A DNA stretch of 64,000 nt from Dehalococcoidia bacterium (GTDB taxonomy: Bacteria > Chloroflexota > Dehalococcoidia > Lucifugimonadales > UBA3495), in assembly GCA_965203855.1 (NCBI GenBank), contig CBDBDN010000008.1:287459-351458 (forward strand), read 5' to 3'. The notes below the pieces were generated by a model that was not told the origin of the DNA, ran no database searches, and saw only the letters and a list, made by a program, of their open reading frames with translations. The position numbers and the translations under genes were made by a program. Below, piece after piece: positions 1-8,733 of the stretch (position 1 is its first letter; every line of letters starts with the position of its first letter).

Positions 1-241
1 CCAGAATGATGGCGTGCGGAAACTCAAACATCCCGGCGCCCCACGACTTGACGAACTTGCCGTCCCGGTCAAAGACCATAATCGGATGCTCCGGGTTGCG
101 GTTAAAGCAGTACACCCGGTCGTCGGCGTCGCCGAACACGGCGGCGGCCGGCATCGGAATGCCGTCGGGCGCCTGAGCCCAGCTGCGGTCAAATTCGTAA
201 GTGTAGGCGCCGCTGCCTACAATGTTGGTCGCCGTAGTCAT
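1..241 (-). CDS. NHL-repeat / beta-propeller-like protein, N-terminal part (gene runs off the left edge)
   Basis: Absent from the ORF track because it has no stop in the window. Reverse translation from the ATG at 241-239 gives MTTATNIVGSGAYTYEFDRSWAQAPDGIPMPAAAVFGDADDRVYCFNRNPEHPIMVFDRDGKFVKSWG. A GAGGAGG Shine-Dalgarno lies at plus 247-253. This replaces the + strand shadow ORF 14..274. Confidence 0.5.
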   Translation of the reverse strand, partial: MTTATNIVGSGAYTYEFDRSWAQAPDGIPMPAAAVFGDADDRVYCFNRNPEHPIMVFDRDGKFVKSWGAGMFEFPHAIIL

Positions 242-526
242 CACAGCCTCCTCAATGATTCGTTGATGCGTTAAATCGTTCAATCAGGCCGCCAATCAGC
301 CAGTCGGTCGGACGGTTGGCCGGTTAAGCAGTCGGGTTGAGCAGTCGGTTCGGTCAATCAGTTGGGGTAGTCGGTCGTCGCAATGCGGCGGGTCGTCGCA
401 CCGGGCGCGCATTGCGCCACAGCATAACACATTGCCCGCCGCGCTGCCGCCGGCGGTATAATCATTCCGGCGTCCGGCAAGGCAAACCGCCGGCGGCATA
501 ATCCATAATCAACCGCGAGCGCAGCA

Positions 527-2290
527 ATGACTACTACCCGCAAACCCGGCAACGCCGCCCTAGCCACCGACGCAATGCGCCGGCGGCTGCTTATCGTCAT
601 CATCGCGCTGACGGCGTTGGCATTGCCGGCCTGCGCCGCGCCCGACGCCGGCAGCGGCAATAACCCCGGCAACGGCAATGCCAACGGCAGCGATGCCGAC
701 AGCCGCAGCGGCGGCGCTTTCCGCCGCATCTGGGCCGACCCGCCTACCCTGGACCCGCATCTGGTGTCCGATACCTTGTCCGCCGGCATCATTAACGAAG
801 TGTTCAGCGGGCTGGTGGCCGTCAATACCGACTTGCGGATTGCGCCCGACCTAGCCGAAAGCTGGGCCATCAGCGATGACGGCAGAACCTATACTTTCAC
901 TATCCGACCCAACGCCCGGTTTCAGGATGGCCGCCCCGTTACGGCGGCGGATTTCGTCTATTCCCTCAACCGGGCCGCCAGCGCCGAACTGGCATCCCCC
1001 GTTGCCGCAACTTATCTGGGCGACATCGTCGGCGCAATGGACGCCATCCAAGGCGACAACCCGGGCGTCAATCCCGGCAGCGGCCCCGGCATCAGCGGCG
1101 TAACCGCGCCCGATGAACGCACGCTGCGGATCGCCATCGACGCCCCCAAGTCTTACTTTATCGCCAAGCTCACTTACCCGGCGGCTTTTGTGATTGACCC
1201 CAACGATGCGGCATCAGAGAATGACACGGCATTAGAGAATAACCCGGCGTCCGGCCCCGACTGGCTCCGCAGCCCCAATGCTACCGGGCCTTTCCGCCTG
1301 GACGAATACCGCCCCGGCCAGCAGCTGACGCTAACGCGCAACGAACATTACCGGCCGCAGCCGCCGCATCTGGACCGGGTAGAAATGAACCTGGCCGGCG
1401 CAGCCGCCGACGCCCTGGCGCTCTACCAAGCCGGGCAGATTGACCTGGCCGATGTGGACCCCGCCGACCTGGAACGCCTCCAGCGCCCGGACGAACCGCT
1501 GTCGCAAGAACTGCATTTCGGGCCGCCCGGCTTCCGGGTGGAATACATCGGGATGAATGTTCACGAACCGCCTTTTGACGACGCCGACTTTCGGCACGCC
1601 ATGAACCTGGCGGTTGACAAGACGGCCATCATCGCGGAGGCATTCGGCGGGCGGCGCGCGCCGGCCTACGGCGTCTTGCCGCCCGGCTTTCCGGCGCACA
1701 ACCCGGACTTGACCGGCCTCCGCTACGACCCGGAACGCGCGCGCCAACTGCTGGCCGGCTCCCGGTACGCCGACCCGGACGGGCGGCCGCCCATTGCGCT
1801 GACCGTGCGCGCGGACGACCCCGGCGCGGCGCCGGCCGAGTACCAGCAGCTGGCCGAGCTGTGGCGGCAGAACTTGGGCGTCAGCGTGGAACTCCGGCCC
1901 CTGGAATGGAACGCCTATGTTGATGCGCTGTACCGCCAGCGTTTTCAGTCCTTTGCGCTGGGCTGGACGGCGGATTACCCGGATCCGCAAAACTTCCTGG
2001 ATGTCCTGTTTCACTCCGGCAGCGACGCCAACTTTACCGGGTACGCCAACCCGGAAGTTGACGCCCTGCTGGAAAAAGCGCGGACGGCCCCCGATTTTGC
2101 GGAACGAACTGCGCTGTATCAGGAGGCGGAACGGCGGATTGTCAACGATGCGCCATGGGTTCCGCTATGGTTCGGGCGCAAGCGGGAAATTTCGGGGGAG
2201 CAAGCCATCCTGCTCAAACCCTATGTGCAGGGCTACACGCTAACCCCGATGCTGCTGCCCAAGCTCCGCTATGTCCACTTCAGCCGGTGA
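527..2290 (+). CDS. ABC transporter substrate-binding protein, family 5 (peptide/nickel type), lipoprotein-like
   Basis: 587-aa ORF with signal/lipobox-like LIVIIALTALALPAC. Its length and motifs (RPNARFQDGRPVTAADFVYS, GWTADYPDPQNFL) are typical of SBP family 5. TATAAT at 457-462 lies upstream. No permease or ATPase genes are adjacent. Confidence 0.8.
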   Translation: MTTTRKPGNAALATDAMRRRLLIVIIALTALALPACAAPDAGSGNNPGNGNANGSDADSRSGGAFRRIWADPPTLDPHLVSDTLSAGIINEVFSGLVAVNTDLRIAPDLAESWAISDDGRTYTFTIRPNARFQDGRPVTAADFVYSLNRAASAELASPVAATYLGDIVGAMDAIQGDNPGVNPGSGPGISGVTAPDERTLRIAIDAPKSYFIAKLTYPAAFVIDPNDAASENDTALENNPASGPDWLRSPNATGPFRLDEYRPGQQLTLTRNEHYRPQPPHLDRVEMNLAGAAADALALYQAGQIDLADVDPADLERLQRPDEPLSQELHFGPPGFRVEYIGMNVHEPPFDDADFRHAMNLAVDKTAIIAEAFGGRRAPAYGVLPPGFPAHNPDLTGLRYDPERARQLLAGSRYADPDGRPPIALTVRADDPGAAPAEYQQLAELWRQNLGVSVELRPLEWNAYVDALYRQRFQSFALGWTADYPDPQNFLDVLFHSGSDANFTGYANPEVDALLEKARTAPDFAERTALYQEAERRIVNDAPWVPLWFGRKREISGEQAILLKPYVQGYTLTPMLLPKLRYVHFSR

Positions 2291-2294
2291 ACCC

Positions 2295-2447
2295 GGATTC
2301 CGGCGCAAGCCGGAATGACGGGGGTAATGGCATGGATAAAGGGGATGATGGGGATTTGGGGAATGGCTTGCGCTATGGATTCCGGCTTGCGCCGGAATGA
2401 CGGTTGGCGGTTCGGAATGACGGTTGGCGGTTCGGAATGACGGTTGC
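2295..2447. repeat. Intergenic repeat cluster: two hairpin units plus 2.6 copies of a 20-nt unit
   Basis: GGATTCCGGC-GCAA-GCCGGAATGACGG at 2295-2322 and GGATTCCGGC-TTGC-GCCGGAATGACGG at 2377-2403. The unit GGAATGACGGTTGGCGGTTC follows, repeated over 2394-2446. The cluster sits between convergent genes. Confidence 0.9.
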
Positions 2448-2458
2448 GGCGCGGGCGG

Positions 2459-3397
2459 TCAGAATGCGCCGATGCCGGGCGTGGTTACGCGGATGCTGTA
2501 AAGCGAATGGCCGGCGGTAAGGAACAGGGTTCGCATATCGGAACCGCCGAAACAGATATTCCGGGTTACTTCCGGCGTCGGCAGGATGCCGGCCAAGGCG
2601 CCGTCGGGTTCTACAATCCAGACGCCCCCGGAGCCGGTGCACCAAACCCGACCGGCGGTATCCACTTTCATCCCGTCGGGAACGCCGGGCGCGTCGGAGC
2701 CCATCTCAATCAGAATGCGGTTGCCGGAAAGGGCGCCGTCGGCTGCTACATCAAAGGCGCGGATGCGGCGGTTGGGGCAGAATTCCCCCTTTTCCTCACG
2801 CTCAAAGTCGGCCGGCTCGGCGCGGCTGATGGCAACATACAGGACAGCCTCATCCGGTGAAAGGGCCAAGCCGTTGGCGTATTCGCATTCGTCGGTCGCC
2901 AACTGCACTGGCGCTACTGCGTCAATGCCGGATGTGCCGATGCCGGACGGGTCAATCCGGTAAATCCCGGCGAAAGGTATCTCCCGCAGTTCCTCGGGAA
3001 AGCGCAGATGCGGGTCCGTAAAGTAGATAGTTCCGTCGCGGCGGCAGATGATGTCGTTAGGCTTGTTGAACCGTTTGCCGTCCCAGCGGTCGGCAATCGC
3101 AGCTACATTGCCGGCGGCGTCCATACGGGTAACGCAGCGATGGTCGGCGCCCTCGCACATCAGCAGGTTGCCCTGCCGATCCAGAGTGCAGCCGTTGCCT
3201 TCCCCCGTGTTTTCGCGGATGACGCTGGTAGTTCCGGTTTGCGGATCCCACTTCAGCAGCTGCTCCCGTTCCAGGTCAACGAAAGTGAGGTAGCCGCCCG
3301 GATGCCACAAAGGGCCTTCGGTGCGTTCCAAAGAACCGTCCAGCAGGGTAAGCTCGGTTTCGGCAAAGAATCGGGACAAAGCATCGGCCATCATCAA
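2459..3397 (-). CDS. SMP-30/gluconolactonase/LRE family protein
   Basis: 312-aa ORF. LLDGSLERTEGPLWHPGGYLTFVDLEREQLLKWDP and NKPNDIICRRDGTIYFTDP are typical of the gluconolactonase beta-propeller family. Confidence 0.8.
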   Translation of the reverse strand: MMMADALSRFFAETELTLLDGSLERTEGPLWHPGGYLTFVDLEREQLLKWDPQTGTTSVIRENTGEGNGCTLDRQGNLLMCEGADHRCVTRMDAAGNVAAIADRWDGKRFNKPNDIICRRDGTIYFTDPHLRFPEELREIPFAGIYRIDPSGIGTSGIDAVAPVQLATDECEYANGLALSPDEAVLYVAISRAEPADFEREEKGEFCPNRRIRAFDVAADGALSGNRILIEMGSDAPGVPDGMKVDTAGRVWCTGSGGVWIVEPDGALAGILPTPEVTRNICFGGSDMRTLFLTAGHSLYSIRVTTPGIGAF

Positions 3398-3469
3398 ACC
3401 TCCAAGGTATCAGGCAGGGTATCAGGCAAAAGTTAGGGCGATTATAGGGCAAAGTTCCCAACTGCGGGT

Positions 3470-3856
3470 TAATTTTTTTCCCGCCATTCCGAACCCCGCA
3501 ACCGTCATTCCCAATCCATCAACCATCATTCCAACCCGCCCGCCGTCCGTCATACCGGCATCCCCAAACCATCATTCCAACCCGCCCGACCATCATACCG
3601 GCATCCCCAAAACCCCCATCCCCGGCCCACAACTGTCATTTCGGCGTCCCCAAACTGCCATCCTAGCCTCCCAACCGTCATTCCGGCATCCCCAAACCCC
3701 CATCCCCGGCCCCCACACCGTCATACCGGCGCCCCCAAACCGCCATCCCAGCACCCTCAACCGTCATTCCGGCGAAAGCCGGAATCTATGCTTGCCGGAT
3801 CCATCACCGTGGTAGTGGAGGATGGCGCTGGATTCCGGCTTGCGCCGGAATGACGG
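3470..3856. repeat. Intergenic mosaic repeat region ending in a 96-nt MITE-like unit (3761-3856)
   Basis: About 14 degenerate ~20-nt units contain (C/A)CGTCAT(T/A)CC. They are followed by CCGTCATTCCGGCGAAAGCCGGAATC, a 44-nt core, and GATTCCGGCTTGCGCCGGAATGACGG. The 164-aa ORF 3321..3815 only translates these repeats. Confidence 0.9.
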
Positions 3857-4095
3857 GTATGCGGGTTGGAATTCCGGCCGGCAGTGCGCCGGCCGTCCGC
3901 GCAATGTGGACATCGGCACAGCGGCCGGCTATGATGGCGGCGTCATACTAACCCATTGACTATGCTGCGCCGCTGCGGCTCCCCGCCCGTCCCCGTCCCT
4001 CTGCCTAACCCACTGTCTAACCAACCGGAGCGACGACGGACGGGGCGTTTGCCTGCCGCCGCCGCCACGCCCCGCCTCGCCGTCGAGCGCGCCCT

Positions 4096-5634
4096 ATGCT
4101 GATTGCCGTCGCTTTCATACTAATGGCCGTAATGTTCTTTGCCGGCCTGTATGTCGCCGGCGCCTTGGGCTCCCTGGCGCTGATACTCTTGCAGGTGTTT
4201 TCGGACAACCCGGTCTGGAACATAATGGGCAACCGGGCTTGGGAAACCAATACCAATGTCAACCTGGTTGCCATCCCGCTGTTCATTCTGATGGGCGAAA
4301 TCGTCCTGCGGAGCGGGTTTGCCGATTTGATGTACCGCGCCCTTTCCCGGTGGGTAGAATTCATCCCCGGCGGGCTGATGCATACCAACATCGCATCGTG
4401 CGCCGTGTTCGCCGCCTGCGCCGGCTCCAGCATCGCTACGGCGGCCACGGTGAGCCGGGTGGCGCTGCCGTCATTCCGCACGCGGGGCTACCAGGAACGG
4501 CTGGTTGTCGGGTCGCTGGCCGCCGGCGGCACCCTGGGCATTCTGATACCGCCCAGCATCCTGCTGGTGCTGTACGGCCTCACCGTCGGCGAATCCATCG
4601 GACGGCTGTTTCTCGCCGGGTTCATCCCCGGCATCCTGCTGGCGCTGGTCTTTATGGTGATGATCGGCATCGCATCGGTAATCTGGCCGGCGGTTGCGCC
4701 GCGCCGGGCATCGGCTGCCCGTTTCTGGAGCTGGACGGGCTGGCTCGAAAGGCTGCTGTTCACGCTGCTGATGATCCCCGTTATGGCGCTGATCTTCATC
4801 GTGCTCGGCAGCATCTACCTGGGCTGGGCCACGCCGTCGGAAGCCGCCGGATTCGGCGTCGCCGGCGCCCTGGCGTTGGCCCTGATTTATAACTTCGTGC
4901 GCCTGTTCGCCGGCAATATCGCCGCATTCCTGTTCACTGCCGGCATCGCCGGCCGCCTCTCCGTTGAGGTTCAAGAGACGCTGTCGGAATGGCGGACGCC
5001 GGCCCGGTTTGACGGGGCGGCTTTGCGCGACTACTGCCGCTTTATGCTGCGAATGTCCCGGGACGCCAGCCTCTCCGCCGCCCGTTCCTCAGCGATGATT
5101 ATGTTCATTCTGATGGCGGCGTTCACCCTGCAATTCGCCTTCGCCTACCTGCGTATCTCGGTAAGCATGGCCGAATGGGTAGCCGGCTTTGAGTTAAGCA
5201 CGGTGCAGCTGGTGCTGTTCCTGGTCGTATTCTACCTGCTGCTGGGGACATTCATGGAAGCCTACTCAATGATGCTGACCACGCTGCCCATCATCGCCCC
5301 GGTGCTGCGCGCCGCCGAAGTTGACCTCCTATGGTTCGGCATCATAATGATCATCCTGCTGGAAGCGGCGCAAATCAGCCCGCCGCAAGGATTAAGCCTC
5401 TATGTGCTGCAAGGCGCGCGCGTTGATGTAGCGCGGCAGTCGGCAACCGCCGCCGGCGCTGCGGCTGCCAATGCTGACAGCCGGGCCGGCCCGCCGGCGC
5501 CAGTCGGCACCATCAACGACGTCTATATCGGAGTGCTCCCCTTTATGGCCTGCATGGCCCTGGTCATCGGCCTGATTATCGCTTTCCCCGAACTAGCCAC
5601 CTGGCTCCCCGACCAAATCAAAGGCGCGCGCTAG
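4096..5634 (+). CDS. TRAP transporter large permease subunit (DctM family)
   Basis: 512-aa polytopic ORF. LFILMGEIVLRSGFADLMYRAL, CAGSSIATAATVSRVALP and GGTLGILIPPSILLVLYG are DctM hallmarks. No DctQ or DctP gene is adjacent. Confidence 0.8.
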   Translation: MLIAVAFILMAVMFFAGLYVAGALGSLALILLQVFSDNPVWNIMGNRAWETNTNVNLVAIPLFILMGEIVLRSGFADLMYRALSRWVEFIPGGLMHTNIASCAVFAACAGSSIATAATVSRVALPSFRTRGYQERLVVGSLAAGGTLGILIPPSILLVLYGLTVGESIGRLFLAGFIPGILLALVFMVMIGIASVIWPAVAPRRASAARFWSWTGWLERLLFTLLMIPVMALIFIVLGSIYLGWATPSEAAGFGVAGALALALIYNFVRLFAGNIAAFLFTAGIAGRLSVEVQETLSEWRTPARFDGAALRDYCRFMLRMSRDASLSAARSSAMIMFILMAAFTLQFAFAYLRISVSMAEWVAGFELSTVQLVLFLVVFYLLLGTFMEAYSMMLTTLPIIAPVLRAAEVDLLWFGIIMIILLEAAQISPPQGLSLYVLQGARVDVARQSATAAGAAAANADSRAGPPAPVGTINDVYIGVLPFMACMALVIGLIIAFPELATWLPDQIKGAR

Positions 5635-5649
5635 GCCGTGTATCTATAT

Positions 5650-5825
5650 CCCCCATCATCCCCAAATCCCTCGTCGTTCCAGCACCCCCAACCGTCATTC
5701 CCATACCCCCCGTCATTCCGGCACTCCCCCAACCGTCATTCCGGCTTTCGCCGGAATCCAGAGTCATCCCCTACTACGGTAACGGAGCCGGCAACCATAG
5801 ATTCCGGCTTTCGCCGGAATGACGG
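5650..5825. repeat. Intergenic mosaic repeat region with a 93-nt MITE-like unit (5733-5825)
   Basis: GTCATTCC half-units are followed by CCGTCATTCCGGCTTTCGCCGGAATC, a core, and GATTCCGGCTTTCGCCGGAATGACGG. The core is the reverse complement of the core at 3787-3830. Confidence 0.9.
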
Positions 5826-5900
5826 TGAATATGCCCACACGCACGGGTTTCCGGCATATACGAACCGAATGAACCGGATTTAGCGAGGCTGATTCAGCGC

Positions 5901-7436
5901 GTGGCGTCAAATTACGATTACCACCTGGCTATCATCGGCGGCGGCGCGGCCGGCTTGACCGCCGCCCGATTCGCCAACCAACTCGGCAAACGGGTAGCCT
6001 TAATTGAAGCCGCCGGACGCACCGGCGGCGACTGCACCTGGACGGGCTGCGTTCCCAGCAAGGCCCTGCTGCGCGCCGCCCAGGCCGCCGCCGCCGTCCG
6101 GGATGCCCGCCAGTACGGGATTACGGTCGGCGCCGGCGCCGGGAATGCTGCGCCGGCAGTTTCGGCGGACTTTGCAGCGGTGATGCAACGCATCCGGGCG
6201 GTAATCAACCGGATTTACGCCGCCGAATCGCCCGCCGCACTGCGCGCCGCCGGCATTGCTGTTGAGGGCATTGATGTTGAGGGCATTGATGTTATCGATG
6301 GCCGGGCCCAGTTCCAAGATGCGCGCACGCTGGCCGTCGGCGCGCGTGTCATCACCGCCAAAGCTTTCCTGATCTGCGCCGGCGCATCGCCCGTCATCCC
6401 GCCAATACCGGGACTGAACGCAACGCCTTATCTAACTTACGAATCGTTCTGGGAACTGGAAACGCTGCCCCAGCGTCTCGTCATCATCGGCGGCGGGCCG
6501 GTAGGCTGCGAACTGGCGCAAGCCGGCCAGCGGCTCGGCGCCCAGGTTGCCCTCATCGAGGCGCAACCCCGCATCTTGCCTGACGCCGACCCCGACGCGG
6601 CAAAACTGGCAGCCGACGCCTTGCGGAATGACGGAGTTGAACTGCGCTTGTCGGCATCGGTGCAGTCCGTGCGCTTGTCCGATGGCGATGGCGGGCGGCC
6701 AGAGATTGCCGTTGCGACAGCCGACGGCGGCGCTGACGATAGCTATACTGATGATAGTCATAATGACAGCGCCGTAGTCGGCGATGCGCTGCTGATCGCC
6801 GTCGGCCGCCGCCCCAACACCGCCGGGCTGGGCCTGGACGCCGCCGGCGTCGCTTGCGACGCCAACGGCATCATCGTCAACAACTATCTGCGTACCAGCG
6901 TCAGGCATATTTACGCCGCCGGCGACTGCATCAGCGGCGGGCCGCAGTTCACGCATTACGCCGGTTATCAGGGCGCGATGGCCGTCCGCAACGCCCTGCT
7001 GCCGGGCAAAACCCGGGCGCATCGGAACCCGCAGCAAATCCCCTGGGCCGTGTTCACCGACCCGGAAATAGCGCAGGCCGGCTACACGGCAGAGCAAGCG
7101 CAGCCGCGCTACGGCAGCCGGATACGAACCACAACGCTGCCCATGGCATCAATAGATCGGGCGGTAATTGACGGACAAACGACCGGGTTCATCAAGGCCG
7201 TCCATCTCTCCAACGGCCGCATTATAGGCGCAACGATAGTAGGGACACGCGCCGCAGAACTCGCCCAGGAATGGATTATCGCCATTGACCACGGCTTGCG
7301 GCTCAAAGATTTAGCGTCAACGCTCCACCCCTACCCATCGTTGGCAACGGGCAGCCAGCAGCTGGCATGGGAGGCGTACCAGGCCGGGATGACGACGGGC
7401 TGGCGCGGCCGGCTTCTGCGGTGGCTGAGCGGCTAG
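5901..7436 (+). CDS. Pyridine nucleotide-disulfide oxidoreductase (dihydrolipoyl dehydrogenase / mercuric reductase-like)
   Basis: GTG start. FAD fold IIGGGAAG, redox-active CxxxxC in GGDCTWTGCVPSK, second Rossmann IIGGGPVGCE, and a C-terminal dimerisation region. It contains an in-frame 15-nt tandem duplication (6261-6290). Confidence 0.8.
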   Translation: MASNYDYHLAIIGGGAAGLTAARFANQLGKRVALIEAAGRTGGDCTWTGCVPSKALLRAAQAAAAVRDARQYGITVGAGAGNAAPAVSADFAAVMQRIRAVINRIYAAESPAALRAAGIAVEGIDVEGIDVIDGRAQFQDARTLAVGARVITAKAFLICAGASPVIPPIPGLNATPYLTYESFWELETLPQRLVIIGGGPVGCELAQAGQRLGAQVALIEAQPRILPDADPDAAKLAADALRNDGVELRLSASVQSVRLSDGDGGRPEIAVATADGGADDSYTDDSHNDSAVVGDALLIAVGRRPNTAGLGLDAAGVACDANGIIVNNYLRTSVRHIYAAGDCISGGPQFTHYAGYQGAMAVRNALLPGKTRAHRNPQQIPWAVFTDPEIAQAGYTAEQAQPRYGSRIRTTTLPMASIDRAVIDGQTTGFIKAVHLSNGRIIGATIVGTRAAELAQEWIIAIDHGLRLKDLASTLHPYPSLATGSQQLAWEAYQAGMTTGWRGRLLRWLSG

Positions 7437-8491
7437 AGTTCCAGTACGCCGGTACGCAGTATCTGCAAAGTGCCGAGGGGAATATCAGAGCGGAAATCGG
7501 AGCGAATGTCCTGGGGCAAATCGGCATAATTCACCAAGAGCCGATGCGCCAGGTCCTCGGGTCCCCACAACCTGATTTGGAAAAAGGATTGCTGTTCGTT
7601 GCGGTCCTGGACGGGTTTGGTGAATCCGCCCAAGCTAACGATCAAGCCGTGTCGGGCGTTGAATGAGACGATGTTGCCTTGCAGGCTGCTGTATTCAGCA
7701 AGACCTACCGGGCTGGTGCGGCCCTTGACTTGTACGCACAAGCTAGGGGCGTCAAAACCCATATCGCCCTTGCCAGCCAGAACATCGATCCCGCCGTCCG
7801 CGCCCTCGCGGGTTATCCGCACATAGTACCCCAAACTCCGCAGGATGCTGGCTACCAGCTCCTCCAGGCGATGGCCGGCAAATTGGCGACGGAGTCGTGC
7901 GATTATGCGGTCAATGACTTCACGGTCAAGGTCGCTTTCGCTGCCGGAATTCTCGCTTGTGGTTTCCTCTGCGTCGCTAATCTCTTCATCGTCCGGGGTT
8001 CTATACCCGATCTCCAGCGTGTCGGACAGAGTATCTCCCAAATACAAACTGACCGCGTGGCCAATCCGGGTTTCGGCGTCGGGCGCACGGGGCTGAGTGA
8101 GGGTTTGCTGCGCTCCGAATGAATTCAGCAAATCCTGGTTGAAATGAGAGCGGGGGATGTCAGTAACTTGCCACTGGACGGGGCGAACGTGCGGAACGCT
8201 TTGCCCTACCGCATCCGGCTGGTAGGCATAGGCGCCGGTAATACGACCTACGGCGACTTCTCCGGAGCGCTTGCGGGGCAGCACTACCAGATCGTCATTT
8301 TCGATCTCGTGGTAGAAACGCCACAACTGGTCGGCGTCGCTACGCCCTTCGGCGCTGGCGCGCAGGGCCTCGCGGTTGTCGAAGTCGGCTATGCTCTGTT
8401 TCAGACCAAATCCGATGGATACCACTCCCTTTTCCAAAAATGCCCCTTCGTATTCGCCGGCCCTGCCGCCTTTGATTACCCAAACCGCCAT
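7433..8491 (-). CDS. Mrr-type restriction endonuclease with an N-terminal reader-like domain
   Basis: 352 aa. The C-terminal Mrr_cat pattern is GADGGIDVLAGKG...LCVQVKGRTSPVG (D...QxK). The N-terminal ~130 aa (VWVIKGGRAGEYEGAFLEKGVVSIGFG...DDLVVLPRKRSGEVAVGRITG) resembles PUA/EVE-like modules; that part is inference. The 3' end overlaps the convergent gene by 4 nt. Confidence 0.7.
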   Translation of the reverse strand: MAVWVIKGGRAGEYEGAFLEKGVVSIGFGLKQSIADFDNREALRASAEGRSDADQLWRFYHEIENDDLVVLPRKRSGEVAVGRITGAYAYQPDAVGQSVPHVRPVQWQVTDIPRSHFNQDLLNSFGAQQTLTQPRAPDAETRIGHAVSLYLGDTLSDTLEIGYRTPDDEEISDAEETTSENSGSESDLDREVIDRIIARLRRQFAGHRLEELVASILRSLGYYVRITREGADGGIDVLAGKGDMGFDAPSLCVQVKGRTSPVGLAEYSSLQGNIVSFNARHGLIVSLGGFTKPVQDRNEQQSFFQIRLWGPEDLAHRLLVNYADLPQDIRSDFRSDIPLGTLQILRTGVLEL

Positions 8492-8629
8492 AGCTTTCGT
8501 CTCCTATCCTATGCAGTGCGCTTGGCATCATCATACCATACCAGTCGTCGCCGGAATAACCGGGATAACGGGAATGAATTCCCGCGCAAGCCGCAATGAC
8601 GCCAACGCCCTACCCCCATCGCCCCAATC

Positions 8630-8638
8630 TGCTATAAT
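8630..8638 (+). promoter_or_regulatory. Extended -10 element TGCTATAAT
   Basis: TGcTATAAT at 8630-8638, about 95 nt upstream of the ATG at 8734. Confidence 0.4.
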
Positions 8639-8733
8639 ACGCGCCGCCGTTAGTGCTTTCTCCGGCCGGCCGTCCCGTACCACCGGGCCGGCGCAGTCGG
8701 ATCCCCTACACCACAGAGGAGCCCCTTCTGAAA

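Noticed and set aside
14-274. Plus-strand 86-aa ORF at the left edge.
   Set aside because: The minus strand carries a better gene: a GAGGAGG SD, an ATG at 241 and a beta-propeller-like sequence that continues off the window.
3321-3815. ORFs lying in intergenic repeat regions: 3321..3815, 5638..5883, 10557..10769, 10562..10750, 10628..10867, 10970..11155 and 63305..63667.
   Set aside because: They merely translate the tandem repeat and hairpin units (PTPQPAIPTPQP, VIPAKAGI, SFRRKPES, GFRLAPE*). The same peptides recur in every copy regardless of context.
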